A stretch of DNA of 38,953 nt, taken from contig NC_068994.1 in assembly GCF_001194135.2 (NCBI RefSeq), positions 18,951,641-18,990,593 on the forward strand. The letters are read 5' to 3'. Below the pieces are notes generated by a model that ran no database searches, was not told the origin of the DNA, and saw only the letters and a program-made list of their open reading frames with translations. Within the stretch, counting starts at the first letter, position 1. Every line of letters begins with the position of its first letter. The DNA comes from Octopus bimaculoides (taxonomy: Eukaryota). Positions 12,646 to 23,827 of this stretch are shown piece by piece. Position numbers and translations under genes: made by a program.

Positions 12646-13005
12646 CACAGGTGTGGCTGTGTGGTTCTGATTTCAGTCCTACTGTGTGACAACTTGGGCA
12701 AGTGTCTTCTACTATAGCATTGGGCCAAGCAAAGCCTTGTAAGTGGATTTGGTAGACAGAAACTGAAAGAAGCCCATCATGTATGTATATGTCTTTGTGT
12801 CAGTGTTTGTCCACCCATCACTGCTTGACAACCGGTGTTGGCATGTTTACAACCCTGTAAATTAGCTGTATTGCAAAAGAGACCGATAGAATAAGTACTA
12901 GGCTTACAAAGAATAAGTCCTGTGGTTGATTTCTTCAATTAAAAAGCCTTTAAGGTAGTGCTCCAGCATGGCCACAGTCAAATGACTGAAACAAGTAAAA
13001 GAATA
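12641..13005 (+). mobile_element. SINE family A
   Basis: Head (with a deletion), short internal TATG repeat and full tail. Confidence 0.85.
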
Positions 13006-13136
13006 CATATAGATATATATGTATTTGCAGATAATATAAATGGTTAAGAAGTTCACTTCTCAATCACAGGCTCCAGGGTTCAATCCCACTCCAAGACAGT
13101 ATCCATTACAGTAGCCTTCAGTCAACCCATACTCAC

Positions 13137-13340
13137 TTACTTTAGCCCTTCATTCTCTATATAACATAGACCATCAACAACTTTTTGCCATTGTTCTTGA
13201 CCCTGGGTTGTTTTTTCTGCTTCTGTCTGGTTGGATTCCTGCTTTTTCAGTTCTACCTCAATATCCCAACTCCAGGACATCAGTTCTTCTGCATTCCTTG
13301 TGGCTTCCAGCTTGTGGCATATGTTTCTCTGAGACAAGGC
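13137..13340 (-). mobile_element. RTE-type LINE ORF C-terminal fragment of a different family
   Basis: SWDIEVELKKQESNQTEAEKTTQGQEQWQKVVDGLC resembles the RTE terminal TW.RD.E....K.W...E..AQDR..W...VDGLC motif. Confidence 0.55.
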
Positions 13341-14099
13341 CTTCCTCTCCCAGGTCCTGTTGAGTTTGAATTGCCATTGATGCTTCTATCACTTCACTTT
13401 TTTTTCTAAGTAGGAGCTGGCCCTTTGCAAACCCATTTTTGTCTCTGAGGAGACGTGGTCCATATGAGTCTAGATTCTGTCCTTTAACCTGTCCGGTGTG
13501 GGAGGCCACATCAGGATCGTGCATTCTACTTGCATGGCTCTCAGGGTCATTGAGGTGTATGAACCACCACCACTGGAACATGGACTGGAATTTGGTGATG
13601 GTTGAGCCTTGTGAGTAAAAATAGGCAGATGGAAACATGCATGCATGTATGCATGTATGCATGTATGTGCACACATACATGTATGTATGTGTGCATGCAT
13701 GCATGTCCTGGGCATGAGTTTAAACCGCATCCAATAATGAGTCTGTAGTTTGGGAGTTCCAAGGTTTCGTGGAGTATGGAACCACCTCTTAACCATGATT
13801 GTTCCCAGGTCTACTCTGACCCAGAGTAGTAGCACCTGTCAGCTAGCCTATGTGAAGACAATCCATCTGAGTGTGGAATGCAGAAATATCCCTAGTTGGA
13901 GTCATGGCACACAGTAAAACCACTAGAAGTAACAGATTCCTAGCTGTTGTCACTGCGTCCTTTTAGGAGAGGGACACTCTGACGTAAAACCCTTAGTTTC
14001 CTATGGTTACTGGTCATCTCGCTTCAGCTTGTTACCAAGTACTAATCTGAGAGGCTCTGAGTGGTACTCATGTTGTACAAGCATATATTATTATAATCC

Positions 14100-14310
14100 A
14101 ATGAGGTACAGATGTCTCTTTACGGTGTCCTCATTCGTCATCCCATCTACTGAAAGCTCTATGGTAATGGAAGGAAGAGAGATAACGTATTCAGATTAAC
14201 AATGTTGGAAGTGCACAGTAAGTCACAACTTTTGTCTGTCACCTATGCTTCAAACCATGCAGATCTGCAATGGGACTGAATAGTCATCTGGGAGGTCATG
14301 GATGGAAAGT
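14100..14310 (+). mobile_element. Possible LINE C-terminal C2H2 zinc-finger remnant
   Basis: FVCHLCFKPCRSAMGLNSHLGGHG starting at 14231. Confidence 0.35.
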
Positions 14311-14519
14311 CAGAAATGTTATTGACAATTAGGAAGCACAAGAAGATGGCAATCATCTATGAAGATGGAGCAATCCCCATATATGTGTGTATGTATATGT
14401 ACGAACGGTGAACATGCATTTGTGAATGTGTGTGTATGTGCAAGTGTGTGTGTGTGTGTGTGCAAGTGTATATATGGATTGTAACTGCAATTCAAAGGTC
14501 CAGCTGTGTCATGTTGAGT

Positions 14520-14640
14520 CATGTTAATCTATCTCAGAACTGTTAAAATGATGTTAAGTGTACTCATATCTGTGGAATACTCAGCCACTTGCACACTAAT
14601 TCAATGAGCTTAGTAGTTTGGTTGATTTAACAACCGAACA
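14520..14640 (+). mobile_element. Old degenerate SINE family B core
   Basis: TCTGTGGAATACTCAGCCACTTGCAC matches the family B TCTGTGGAGTGCTCAGCCACTTGCAC. Confidence 0.6.
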
Positions 14641-15481
14641 ATAATGGTGGGAAATTCTGATCAAGATTTATTCAATTATTGTGTATTAGATCTGTTATTT
14701 ATTGGTAACACCATATTTTATTCTGTTTTATTCCTCACACCATTTTGCTCACACATTGCTTCAAACCCTAAGCACGAACCAGGCCCAATTCATAAACATG
14801 AAAGGATTGTTCAACCCAACAAAGAAACATACTAAGCTCAGCTACCAAATTCTATCAGAAGACACATTGAGCTGGCCATGAACTCACACGAAGAACTCAT
14901 CTCATGCAAACTGAAGAAGGAACTTTTTTTTTATCCTGAAATGTTGGAATTTTAAAAATGGAATTTTAAATATTTCTACATCTTTGTTATTTATTGGTCA
15001 CACCATATCGTACACATTTTTATTCCTCACTTGCATTGCCACAAGGATTATATTACAACTCACCATTTTGCTCATATATTGCAAGGCTTCAAATGAATTT
15101 TCAAACACTTAATGAGGAAAAACTTAATTGACATGACATAGAGAGTCTTCTTTTTCATCATTACTGCTTAATCCTATTTCTTCTCTGATCAGAGAGAACT
15201 ATGTTCAAATGCATTCCAGTTGTGACCATCCTGTCTTTTGGTTCAGACATAGTTTATTAAGACAACATTATTCAATGTGCTGTTTATTTTCTTTTAAACG
15301 GTAAGACGTCATTTGATAGTTATTTCTAACATGTCAAGTGACCACTTACGGGACCTCACATAAACTGAAGTAATCTTTTCAAAGAGCAGGGTGGGAAACC
15401 AGAAAAGAACAGAAACAATTCTTTTGAATCGGGAAAAGTTTGAATTACATACATACATTCACACACACAAAAACATTTATT

Positions 15482-15681
15482 TATGATGGAATACTGAAAA
15501 GTTCCTGGCTTTAAGGGTATCGCAAAAAGGCTTGGTTGGAGACCCAACTTTCTGAGTTCTTTTACAGGGCTTAGAAATACTGAAGGACTGTTGCAATTAG
15601 TGTGTTAATCTGAGAAGGGAATATGTTGAATAAAATCATAATTAACTGATCCTCTTGTATTTTCTTCTACCTAAAGCTAGG

Positions 15682-15684
<3 letters not shown>
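15482..15684 (+). mobile_element. Mariner-derived MITE, right TIR truncated by (CA)n
   Basis: TIR CTGAAAAGTTCCTGGCTTT...AAAGCTAGGAAC. The interior keeps the mariner terminal codons (LRREYVE*). An inverted sister copy is at 24059-24269. Confidence 0.8.
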
Positions 15685-15723
<39 letters not shown>

Positions 15724-15749
15724 CATGTATCACCATAGTTTGCAACAAC

Positions 15750-15900
15750 GATTTTTTCCTACAGAGTGAAAAGTAGATTGTATGATGCTTGTGCTAGAAC
15801 TGCAATGCTGCATGGTAATGAAACAGGCCTTGGAGATAGAAGAGTTATGAAACCTAGAAAGAAATGAAGCAGGCATGTTCTGTTGGATGTGTATTGGGTC
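15750..15900 (+). mobile_element. RTE LINE internal fragment
   Basis: SYRVKSRLYDACARTAMLHGNET...LERNEAGMF, typical of the post-RT region of RTE ORF2. Confidence 0.7.
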
Positions 15901-16657
15901 ACTATTCCTAGTTTTGTAAAGAAAGGAAGCAATCCTAGTTTATCAACTGGTATATATTTTATTGCTCCTGGAATGGGGAAAAGCAAAACATCAGCCATGG
16001 CATGATTTAACTCTTTTAGTTCCATATTTCCTTTGAAATGCACTAACATTTTTTCAGTTAATTTTGAAAATAATGAAGAATTTAGTAAAATTTTACTTTG
16101 TCATTATAAAGATGGTGTATGGATTACTTTAAAACAGGAAATTTGTACCAAAGAACAAAAGTGCATTGGTATCAGGTGCAGTGGTATCAAAAGTGAGGTA
16201 CTGAATGAGATTACTGTCAGACACAAGTCTTCTATGATCTCAAACCTCATTCTCAACCAATTATTCTTTTTTATCTAAGATTTTCAAAGCAGAAGACATC
16301 AGAAGTTGCAACAATAATTGCTTTGCCATTAGCTTTAGTAAATTATGTGAAGAGTACAAAAACTGTTTCAGTTTACTGCAAAAAGAAGCAAGTTGTTGAC
16401 CTGCTTTGAAGCAAAATTATTATTACACAATAGCAACTGTCATCACAAACAACAGTCTTTAAAAACAGTTTCAAGAATCTTTGTTGTAGAATCATTACAA
16501 AATTTTTGATTGGTATTCTTCTCCTGCAAATGAAATGTTTCATGATCACTGATTTGAGTTTACTCATAACAAGAACAAGTAACATGATAACAATAATAAA
16601 TACTAATTGCTAAGTTTAGTTGAGCCAATGATTCCACTTCTATACAACAGCTTTACT

Positions 16658-17039
16658 GTGGAGGCACAATGGTCCAGTGGTTAGGGCAGCGGACTTGTGG
16701 TCATAGGATCGCGGTTTCGATTCCCAGACCGGGTGTTGTGAGTGTTTATTGAGCGAAAACACCAAAAGCTCCACGAGGCTCCGGCAGAGGATGGTGGCGA
16801 ACTCTGCTGTACTCTTTCACCACAACTTTCTCTCACTCTTTCTTCCTGTTTCTGTTGTGCCCGTAATTCAAAGGGTCAGCCTTGTCACACTGTGTCACGC
16901 TGAATATTCCCAAGAACTACGTTAAGGATACACGTGTCTGTGGAGTGCTCAGCCACTTGCACGTTAATTTCACAAGCAGGCTGTTCTGTTGATCGGGTCA
17001 ACTGGAACCCTCGACGTCGTAAGCGACGGAGTGCCAACA
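16658..17039 (+). mobile_element. tRNA-derived SINE family B, full length, with a 14-bp target-site duplication
   Basis: A box TGGTCCAGTGG, B box GGTTTCGATTCC, (CAA)n tail. ACAACAGCTTTACT occurs at both 16644-16657 and 17040-17053. Confidence 0.9.
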
Positions 17040-17336
17040 ACAACAGCTTTACTAATTTTATATAACAGCCAAATCTTTCTTAGCAAATTCTTTGCCATTT
17101 TTATAACTTAAAACAAAATCAAATACTTTCTTCAGTTAGCTTCCTATGTAGAGTATGCCTGTTCAGATAGAGATGATAAGCTACAAAAAGAAAAAAAAAA
17201 AGAAAAAACAGTCCTTTCTAAGTTAACTATTGGTCTTTATTCATTTCTCACTCTCTTTCTCTCTGACTAACATTCTATAAACTATGACATATCTCAAAGT
17301 TCAGTTATATCACCAACACTCTTTCTTTAATATAAC

Positions 17337-17665
17337 TGGTTGGCACTCCGTTGGTTACGATGATGAGGGTTCCAGTTGATCCGATCAACGGAACAGCCTG
17401 CTCGTGAAATTAACGTGTAAGTGGCTGAGCACTCCACAGACACGTGTACCCTTAACGTAGTTCTCGGGGATATTCAGCGTGACACAGTGTGACAAGGCTG
17501 ACCCTTTGAATTACAGGCACAACAGAAACAGGAAGTAAGAGTGAGAGAAAGTTGTGGTGGAAGAGTACAGCAGGGTTCGCCACCATCCCCTGCCGGAGCC
17601 TCGTGGAACTTTAGGTGTTTTTGCTCAATAAACTATCACAACGCCTGATCTGGGAATCGAAACCA
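17337..17665 (-). mobile_element. SINE family B inverted copy (head runs into the gap)
   Basis: Reverse complement of about 16700-17037. Confidence 0.9.
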
Positions 17666-18423
17666 NNNNNNNNNNNNNNNNNNNNNNNNNNNNNNNNNNN
17701 NNNNNNNNNNNNNNNNNNNNNNNNNNNNNNNNNNNNNNNNNNNNNNNNNNNNNNNNNNNNNNNNNNNNNNNNNNNNNNNNNNNNNNNNNNNNNNNNNNNN
17801 NNNNNNNNNNNNNNNNNNNNNNNNNNNNNNNNNNNNNNNNNNNNNNNNNNNNNNNNNNNNNNNNNNNNNNNNNNNNNNNNNNNNNNNNNNNNNNNNNNNN
17901 NNNNNNNNNNNNNNNNNNNNNNNNNNNNNNNNNNNNNNNNNNNNNNNNNNNNNNNNNNNNNNNNNNNNNNNNNNNNNNNNNNNNNNNNNNNNNNNNNNNN
18001 NNNNNNNNNNNNNNNNNNNNNNNNNNNNNNNNNNNNNNNNNNNNNNNNNNNNNNNNNNNNNNNNNNNNNNNNNNNNNNNNNNNNNNNNNNNNNNNNNNNN
18101 NNNNNNNNNNNNNNNNNNNNNNNNNNNNNNNNNNNNNNNNNNNNNNNNNNNNNNNNNNNNNNNNNNNNNNNNNNNNNNNNNNNNNNNNNNNNNNNNNNNN
18201 NNNNNNNNNNNNNNNNNNNNNNNNNNNNNNNNNNNNNNNNNNNNNNNNNNNNNNNNNNNNNNNNNNNNNNNNNNNNNNNNNNNNNNNNNNNNNNNNNNNN
18301 NNNNNNNNNNNNNNNNNNNNNNNNNNNNNNNNNNNNNNNNNNNNNNNNNNNNNNNNNNNNNNNNNNNNNNNNNNNNNNNNNNNNNNNNNNNNNNNNNNNN
18401 NNNNNNNNNNNNNTGTGTGCGTG

Positions 18424-18466
<43 letters not shown>

Positions 18467-18864
18467 CTTTTTTTCATATCAATTTATACATAAAAACACT
18501 TTAACCTTAAACTGAATGATTACTCAACACTTTTTCTAGAGTATATATTTAACTTTTTCAAGGAAAAACTTCACCTTTATCAGACTGTCTGATGAAGGTG
18601 AACAAGCCAAAACCTTTTTTTATAACCTTTTGTTCGTGTTACACTATATCGTTAGCAAAAACATGTAAATGTGCCTGTTTAGTAGACAGTGATGTCATCA
18701 GCTTATAAAGCCAACTGCAAAACCTGTGACAGAAGAAATGGCTGGGTAATAATGAATATCATAAAGTACCAAAGAAAATTCTAATTCTCAGCAAGAATAG
18801 AAGAGGCATTCAAGTAACTTTGTGTGCATCATCTTTTTTTATTTAACACAAGAAGGCCATCATA

Positions 18865-18932
18865 TGCGTGTGTGCATGTCTGTGTCTGGTATGTGTGTGT
18901 GTGTGTGTGCACATGATTATATATATATATAC

Positions 18933-19028
<96 letters not shown>

Positions 19029-19030
19029 GT
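18865..19030. repeat. (TG)/(TA)/(CA)n compound microsatellite
   Basis: Direct inspection. Confidence 0.9.
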
Positions 19031-19289
19031 ATAAATTAACAAACCACCTACCCCTTTCTCTCTATATATAATGGACTGACAAATAAACATCGACCTATTT
19101 ATGTTTGCAGCGATAACACTTATATTTACAATGCTTACATTACACTCACATCCAATAGGGGCAACAATCTTAACATGTTTGAATGATGGTAGGTTAAAGA
19201 GAGATCAGCTGATATGACATGTCTGTTATCAAACAATCACTGAAACCTTCTTTTCAGGTGCTGAATACCAACTCTCCTTCTCATATTCC

Positions 19290-21262
19290 CTCCCACGTCC
19301 CATTCCCAGTTTTCCGAGTTGCACTGTCAATGTAGGCACATTAAAAGGTAGGTCTAGCAAGATTGCTGAGATGCTTGAACGGAGGAGTGTTGCTGTATGT
19401 CGCATTCAAGAAGTAAGATGGAAAGGAGCTTCAGCCAGGTTCCTCACAGGCATGACACATAGGTATAAAATCTTCTGGGAAGGTAACAGCGATGGTTAGG
19501 TGGTATGGGCATACGTCTTGCAAAGAAATGGGTGGATAAGGCCATAGGGGTAGTCAAAGTGTGCAATAGGTTAATCTTGCAGAATAGTATAGCAACAATT
19601 ATCTCTGCTTATGCACCCCAAGTGGGCCTACCAAATGAACAAAGGGACCACTTTTATGATATTCTTCTGCAGATTAGCTCAAAGACAAGTAGCAATGATC
19701 TCATCTTTGTGGGTGGGGATTTTAATGGGCATGTCAGGCAGCAGCCCAGTATCTTCTATGGTGTACATAGGGGCCATGGAATAGGTTCTCAAAACGAAGA
19801 GGGGACAAAGCTACTGCAATTCTATGATGCAAATAACCTATTGATCTGCAGCACCAACTTTAGGAAGCCAGCCACCTGATTACCTACCAATCAAGTAACT
19901 ATGCTAACCAGATCATTACATTCTCACTAGACAGCAGGATGCAAGGCTGCTCCTAAATGCAAAGACCTTCCCTTGTGAGGAATGTGCCCCACAGCATAGA
20001 CTAGTCATTAGTGAGTTTAGACTCCAGGCCAGAAGGATGCCAAAAAGTAGACCAATCTGGAAAAGAAGGATTTGGAAGCTCAAGGACACTTCATATGGTC
20101 AGAGATTCAGGGACATCTTGAGAAATTTGATGAGAGGGAGGAGGAACTACAGACTTGTAACATAGAGGGCAAATGGGAATTCCTGCAGGACAGCTTGCTG
20201 AGTGCCACAGACGAAATCTGTGGCTGGCGCAAAGTCCCATCCAGACCTAGGGTGACATGATGGTGAATTGGTGCTGTAGACAAGGCCATTAGGAAGGCTT
20301 GGGAGTGTTGGGGTAGCAGAGAACTGAATCAGATAGCCAGAAGGGAAGTTAGGAGACAGGTATATCTAGCCAGGGAAGAAGCAGAAAAGAAAAAGTTTGC
20401 CTATGTTCAGTGACATGAGGACCAAAGACTTGAAGTGTTTTCGATTGTAAGACAGTGTGTGAGAGAAAATTGTGAGGTCACAGGAGAGAAATGCATCTGC
20501 ATGGATGATGGTGCACTTGCATTTAATGCAAATGTTGACCCAACTGAGGGACCAATTATCTGAATTGACAATACCTTGGTAGATAGAGCAATTAAGGATA
20601 TGAAGACAGGGAAAGCCTCTGGCCCATCAAGAATCACCACTGAAATGCTCAAAATATCTGGTAGTGTGGATTATGGTCAAGTCACCTGTATTGTAAATCA
20701 GGTGGTACACAAAGGAGTCATACCCAAGTGCTACAAAGGTAATGGTGATCCCTTAGATAGAAATAATTAGAGAGGTATGAAATTGTTGGATCAGGTGATG
20801 AAAGTTATGGAGAGGATCATAACCAGATAATTAGGGAGAGAGTTAGTCTAGATGAGATGCAGTTTGGTTTTGTGCCTGGGAGAAGCACCACTGATGCTTT
20901 ATTTCTGGCAAAGCATCTGCAGGAGAAATACCTAGCCAAAGATAAATCTCTGTACTTGGCTTTTGTTGACTTGGAGAAAGTCTTTGACAGGGTACCCTGA
21001 TCCCTTATCTGGTAGTCAATATGGAAACTAGGAATAGATGAGTGATTGGTGAGAGCTATACAAGCCATGTACAGGGATGCTGTCAGTAAGGTGAGGGTTG
21101 GCAATGAGTACAGTGAAAAATTCAGGATACAAGTAGGGGTTCCCCAAGGATCAGTGCTCAGCCCCCACCACCACCACCACCACCACCTTCATCATAGTCC
21201 TCCAGGCAATAACAGAGGAATTTAAGACAGGCTGCTCCTGAGAGCTCCTCTATGCTGATGAT
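19290..21262 (+). mobile_element. RTE-clade LINE, APE endonuclease plus RT, 3'-truncated and decayed
   Basis: TVNVGTLKGRSSKIAEMLERRSV..IQEVRW and ISAYAPQVG...FVGGDFNGHV (APE). GKASGPSRIT, YRGMKLLDQVMK, QFGFVPGRSTTDA and YLAFVDLEKVFDRVP (RT). The copy stops at ELLYADD. Confidence 0.95.
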
Positions 21263-22117
21263 TTATAAACATATATATATATATATATATATATATTCCA
21301 AAAATTTTACAAAAACATAAATGGAAAATTTAACAAAACCATAACAAACAGAATATTCATGGCTTATTCCTCATCAGACAACGTCCAAAAGATCATTACA
21401 ATTTCAAGTCTTTAACATTGATATCGTTCACTTTTGGTGGCACTAGTGGTGAAAAGCCACTGGGAAATAGCTAACAAATGTACAGGGCAATGACGAAAAC
21501 AAATGCAACAAAATAAAATATACATATACAACAAAAAAAGCCGCAAGACAAACAGAGGAAAATGAAAATGTCCTGTAGGACTGGAGACGAAAGAAGGACA
21601 GCTAGAAAGTCAGAACGAAGAGAGAAGTAGAGTATTGGGGAGGGAAAAAGAGAGGAAGAGAGTGGGAGGAATGCAAAAGTGAGGCAAAAAAAGAGAAAGA
21701 GACAGAAATGGACATCACACAAAAAATATTCCAAGAATATTTTACAAACAAGTAAAAATATCAGAAGTGCATGGTGTCACATATGTGTGTGTGTGTGTGT
21801 GCGCGTGCGCATGCATATGCATATGTATATGCATGTGTGTGAGAGTGTGTGTATGTTTATGTCTCCTTACCTTAACATTGTGTGATGGTTGTAAATGATT
21901 GTCACTGTCATACAAGCAGTGTCATTGATTTCCAATGATCTGTAGAAACATGTCTGGCCATGGGAAAACATTACCTTGCTTGAGAAACAGGTGAGGTTTG
22001 ACCACAGGAAGGGCATCTAGCCAGAGAAAATCTGTCTCAATAGACTCCACTTGACCACATACAAGCATTGAAAAGTGGACATTAAAAATAAACAACATCA
22101 ACCCCAAATTAGACAGA

Positions 22118-22824
22118 TATGGGTGCAGGAGTGGCTATGTGGTTAAGCAGCTTGCTTACCAACCACATGGTTTTGGGTTCATTCCCACTGTATGGCACCT
22201 TGGGCAAGTGTCTTCTACTATAGCCTTGGGCTGACCAAAGCCTTGTGAGTGGATTTGGTAAATGGAAACTGAAGGAAGTCTGTTGTATATATGTGTGTAT
22301 ATATATATATATNNNNNNNNNNNNNNNNNNNNNNNNNNNNNNNNNNNNNNNNNNNNNNNNNNNNNNNNNNNNNNNNNNNNNNNNNNNNNNNNNNNNNNNN
22401 NNNNNNNNNNNNNNNNNNNNNNNNNNNNNNNNNNNNNNNNNNNNNNNNNNNNNNNNNNNNNNNNNNNNNNNNNNNNNNNNNNNNNNNNNNNNNNNNNNNN
22501 NNNNNNNNNNNNNNNNNNNNNNNNNNNNNNNNNNNNNNNNNNNNNNNNNNNNNNNNNNNNNNNNNNNNNNNNNNNNNNNNNNNNNNNNNNNNNNNNNNNN
22601 NNNNNNNNNNNNNNNNNNNNNNCCCCACCATCACTTGACAACCGATGGTGGTGTGTTTACATCCCCGTAATTTAGCGATTCGGCAAAAGAGACCGATAGA
22701 GTAAGTACTAGGCTTACAAAGAATAAGTCCTGGGGTCGATTTGCTAGACTAAAAGTGGTGCTCCAGCATGGCTGCAGTCAAATGACTGAAACAAGTAAAA
22801 GAGTAAAAGAGTAAAAGAGTAAAG
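22118..22824 (+). mobile_element. SINE family A with an assembly gap in its internal microsatellite
   Basis: Head at 22118-22285, gap, tail at 22623-22824 ending in (GAGTAAAA)n. Confidence 0.9.
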
Positions 22825-23371
22825 ATATCCTCTAAAGATGATGAATTGGCCATCAATGTATAGGGAAAATTACACTTTAGCATGACTCAGTAATCTGAGA
22901 AACGTAGTTTTAAAAATATTTATATTAACTGTAGAACTAATGTTATGGGTATTTAATATCTAACATTCTTTAGAGATTGAATTTCAAAACTGTCTTAGTA
23001 TTGAGTGATAGACATTTTAAAATTTATTGTTTTTGGTATTTTAGCATTCAAAATGGTCTGTGTGTCAGTAGTCCTATATAGGCTACTGTCGTGGTTTTTT
23101 CCAGAATAATAATAAAAAGAAAAGTAATTGTAAATATGAAAAGAATAAAATTTTAAAAAATTATGATTGCAAATAGTTTGATTCTTTATCTTGATATCAA
23201 TACCAAAATATCACACAAAATTTCAAACTATGATTGACTATTTTTTTTATTCCACAGCAAATGGCTTTTACTTTCTAAAACTATTATTACAGACATATTT
23301 TTTTCTAACAAAAGAAAATATCTAAAATACTTGCTGAAATCTGTGCCCTTATTTTGGGGTATTTTTCTTAC

Positions 23372-23512
23372 ATTGAAAATGTTCTATAAAGAGAATAAAC
23401 AAAAAATCTCTAACAAAAATAGCCTGAAGTATTTTCAACAAAAGAATACTCTCTATGTTGGCTGCACAGCTGAAGGAGACCTTAAATTTGTCTATTGAAA
23501 AACTTTCTATAC
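23372..23512 (-). CDS. Candidate internal exon of an unidentified gene
   Basis: Acceptor TTTCCTCTCTCACACAG, donor AAT|GTAAGA, 141 nt, phase 1-1, one open frame: (G)IESFSIDKFKVSFSCAANIESILLLKILQAIFVRDFLFILFIEHFQ. Family not recognised. Confidence 0.35.
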
Positions 23513-23827
23513 CTGTGTGAGAGAGGAAAATGTTTATCAATTCTCTAAAGGAAAGCCTAACTTAGGATAAGCAACAGATTTTTAAAAAAAGGTACTGGGG
23601 TCAATTTGATAGACTAAACCATTAAAAGAGGTGTCCCTGCATGGCCACAGTCTAATGAGTGAAACAATTTAAAGAATAAGTGCATTAGTGTTACATGTTG
23701 TTTTTCAGGGATGCTGGCTGTGAGGATTGAAAGGGATAGAGATTAATAGCCATGATTAATATAAAAAATTAAGATGGCTTTGAACTTTTAAACTTGATCA
23801 ACCTCATGACAAAGATGGAAGGATTAT

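Noticed and set aside
15759-16049. Protein-looking 96-aa minus-strand ORF
   Set aside because: It is the antisense of an RTE fragment plus a SINE family C fragment.
16658-16735. tRNA gene
   Set aside because: A and B boxes are present, but it continues into a SINE body with a tail and TSD, and I see no convincing acceptor stem.
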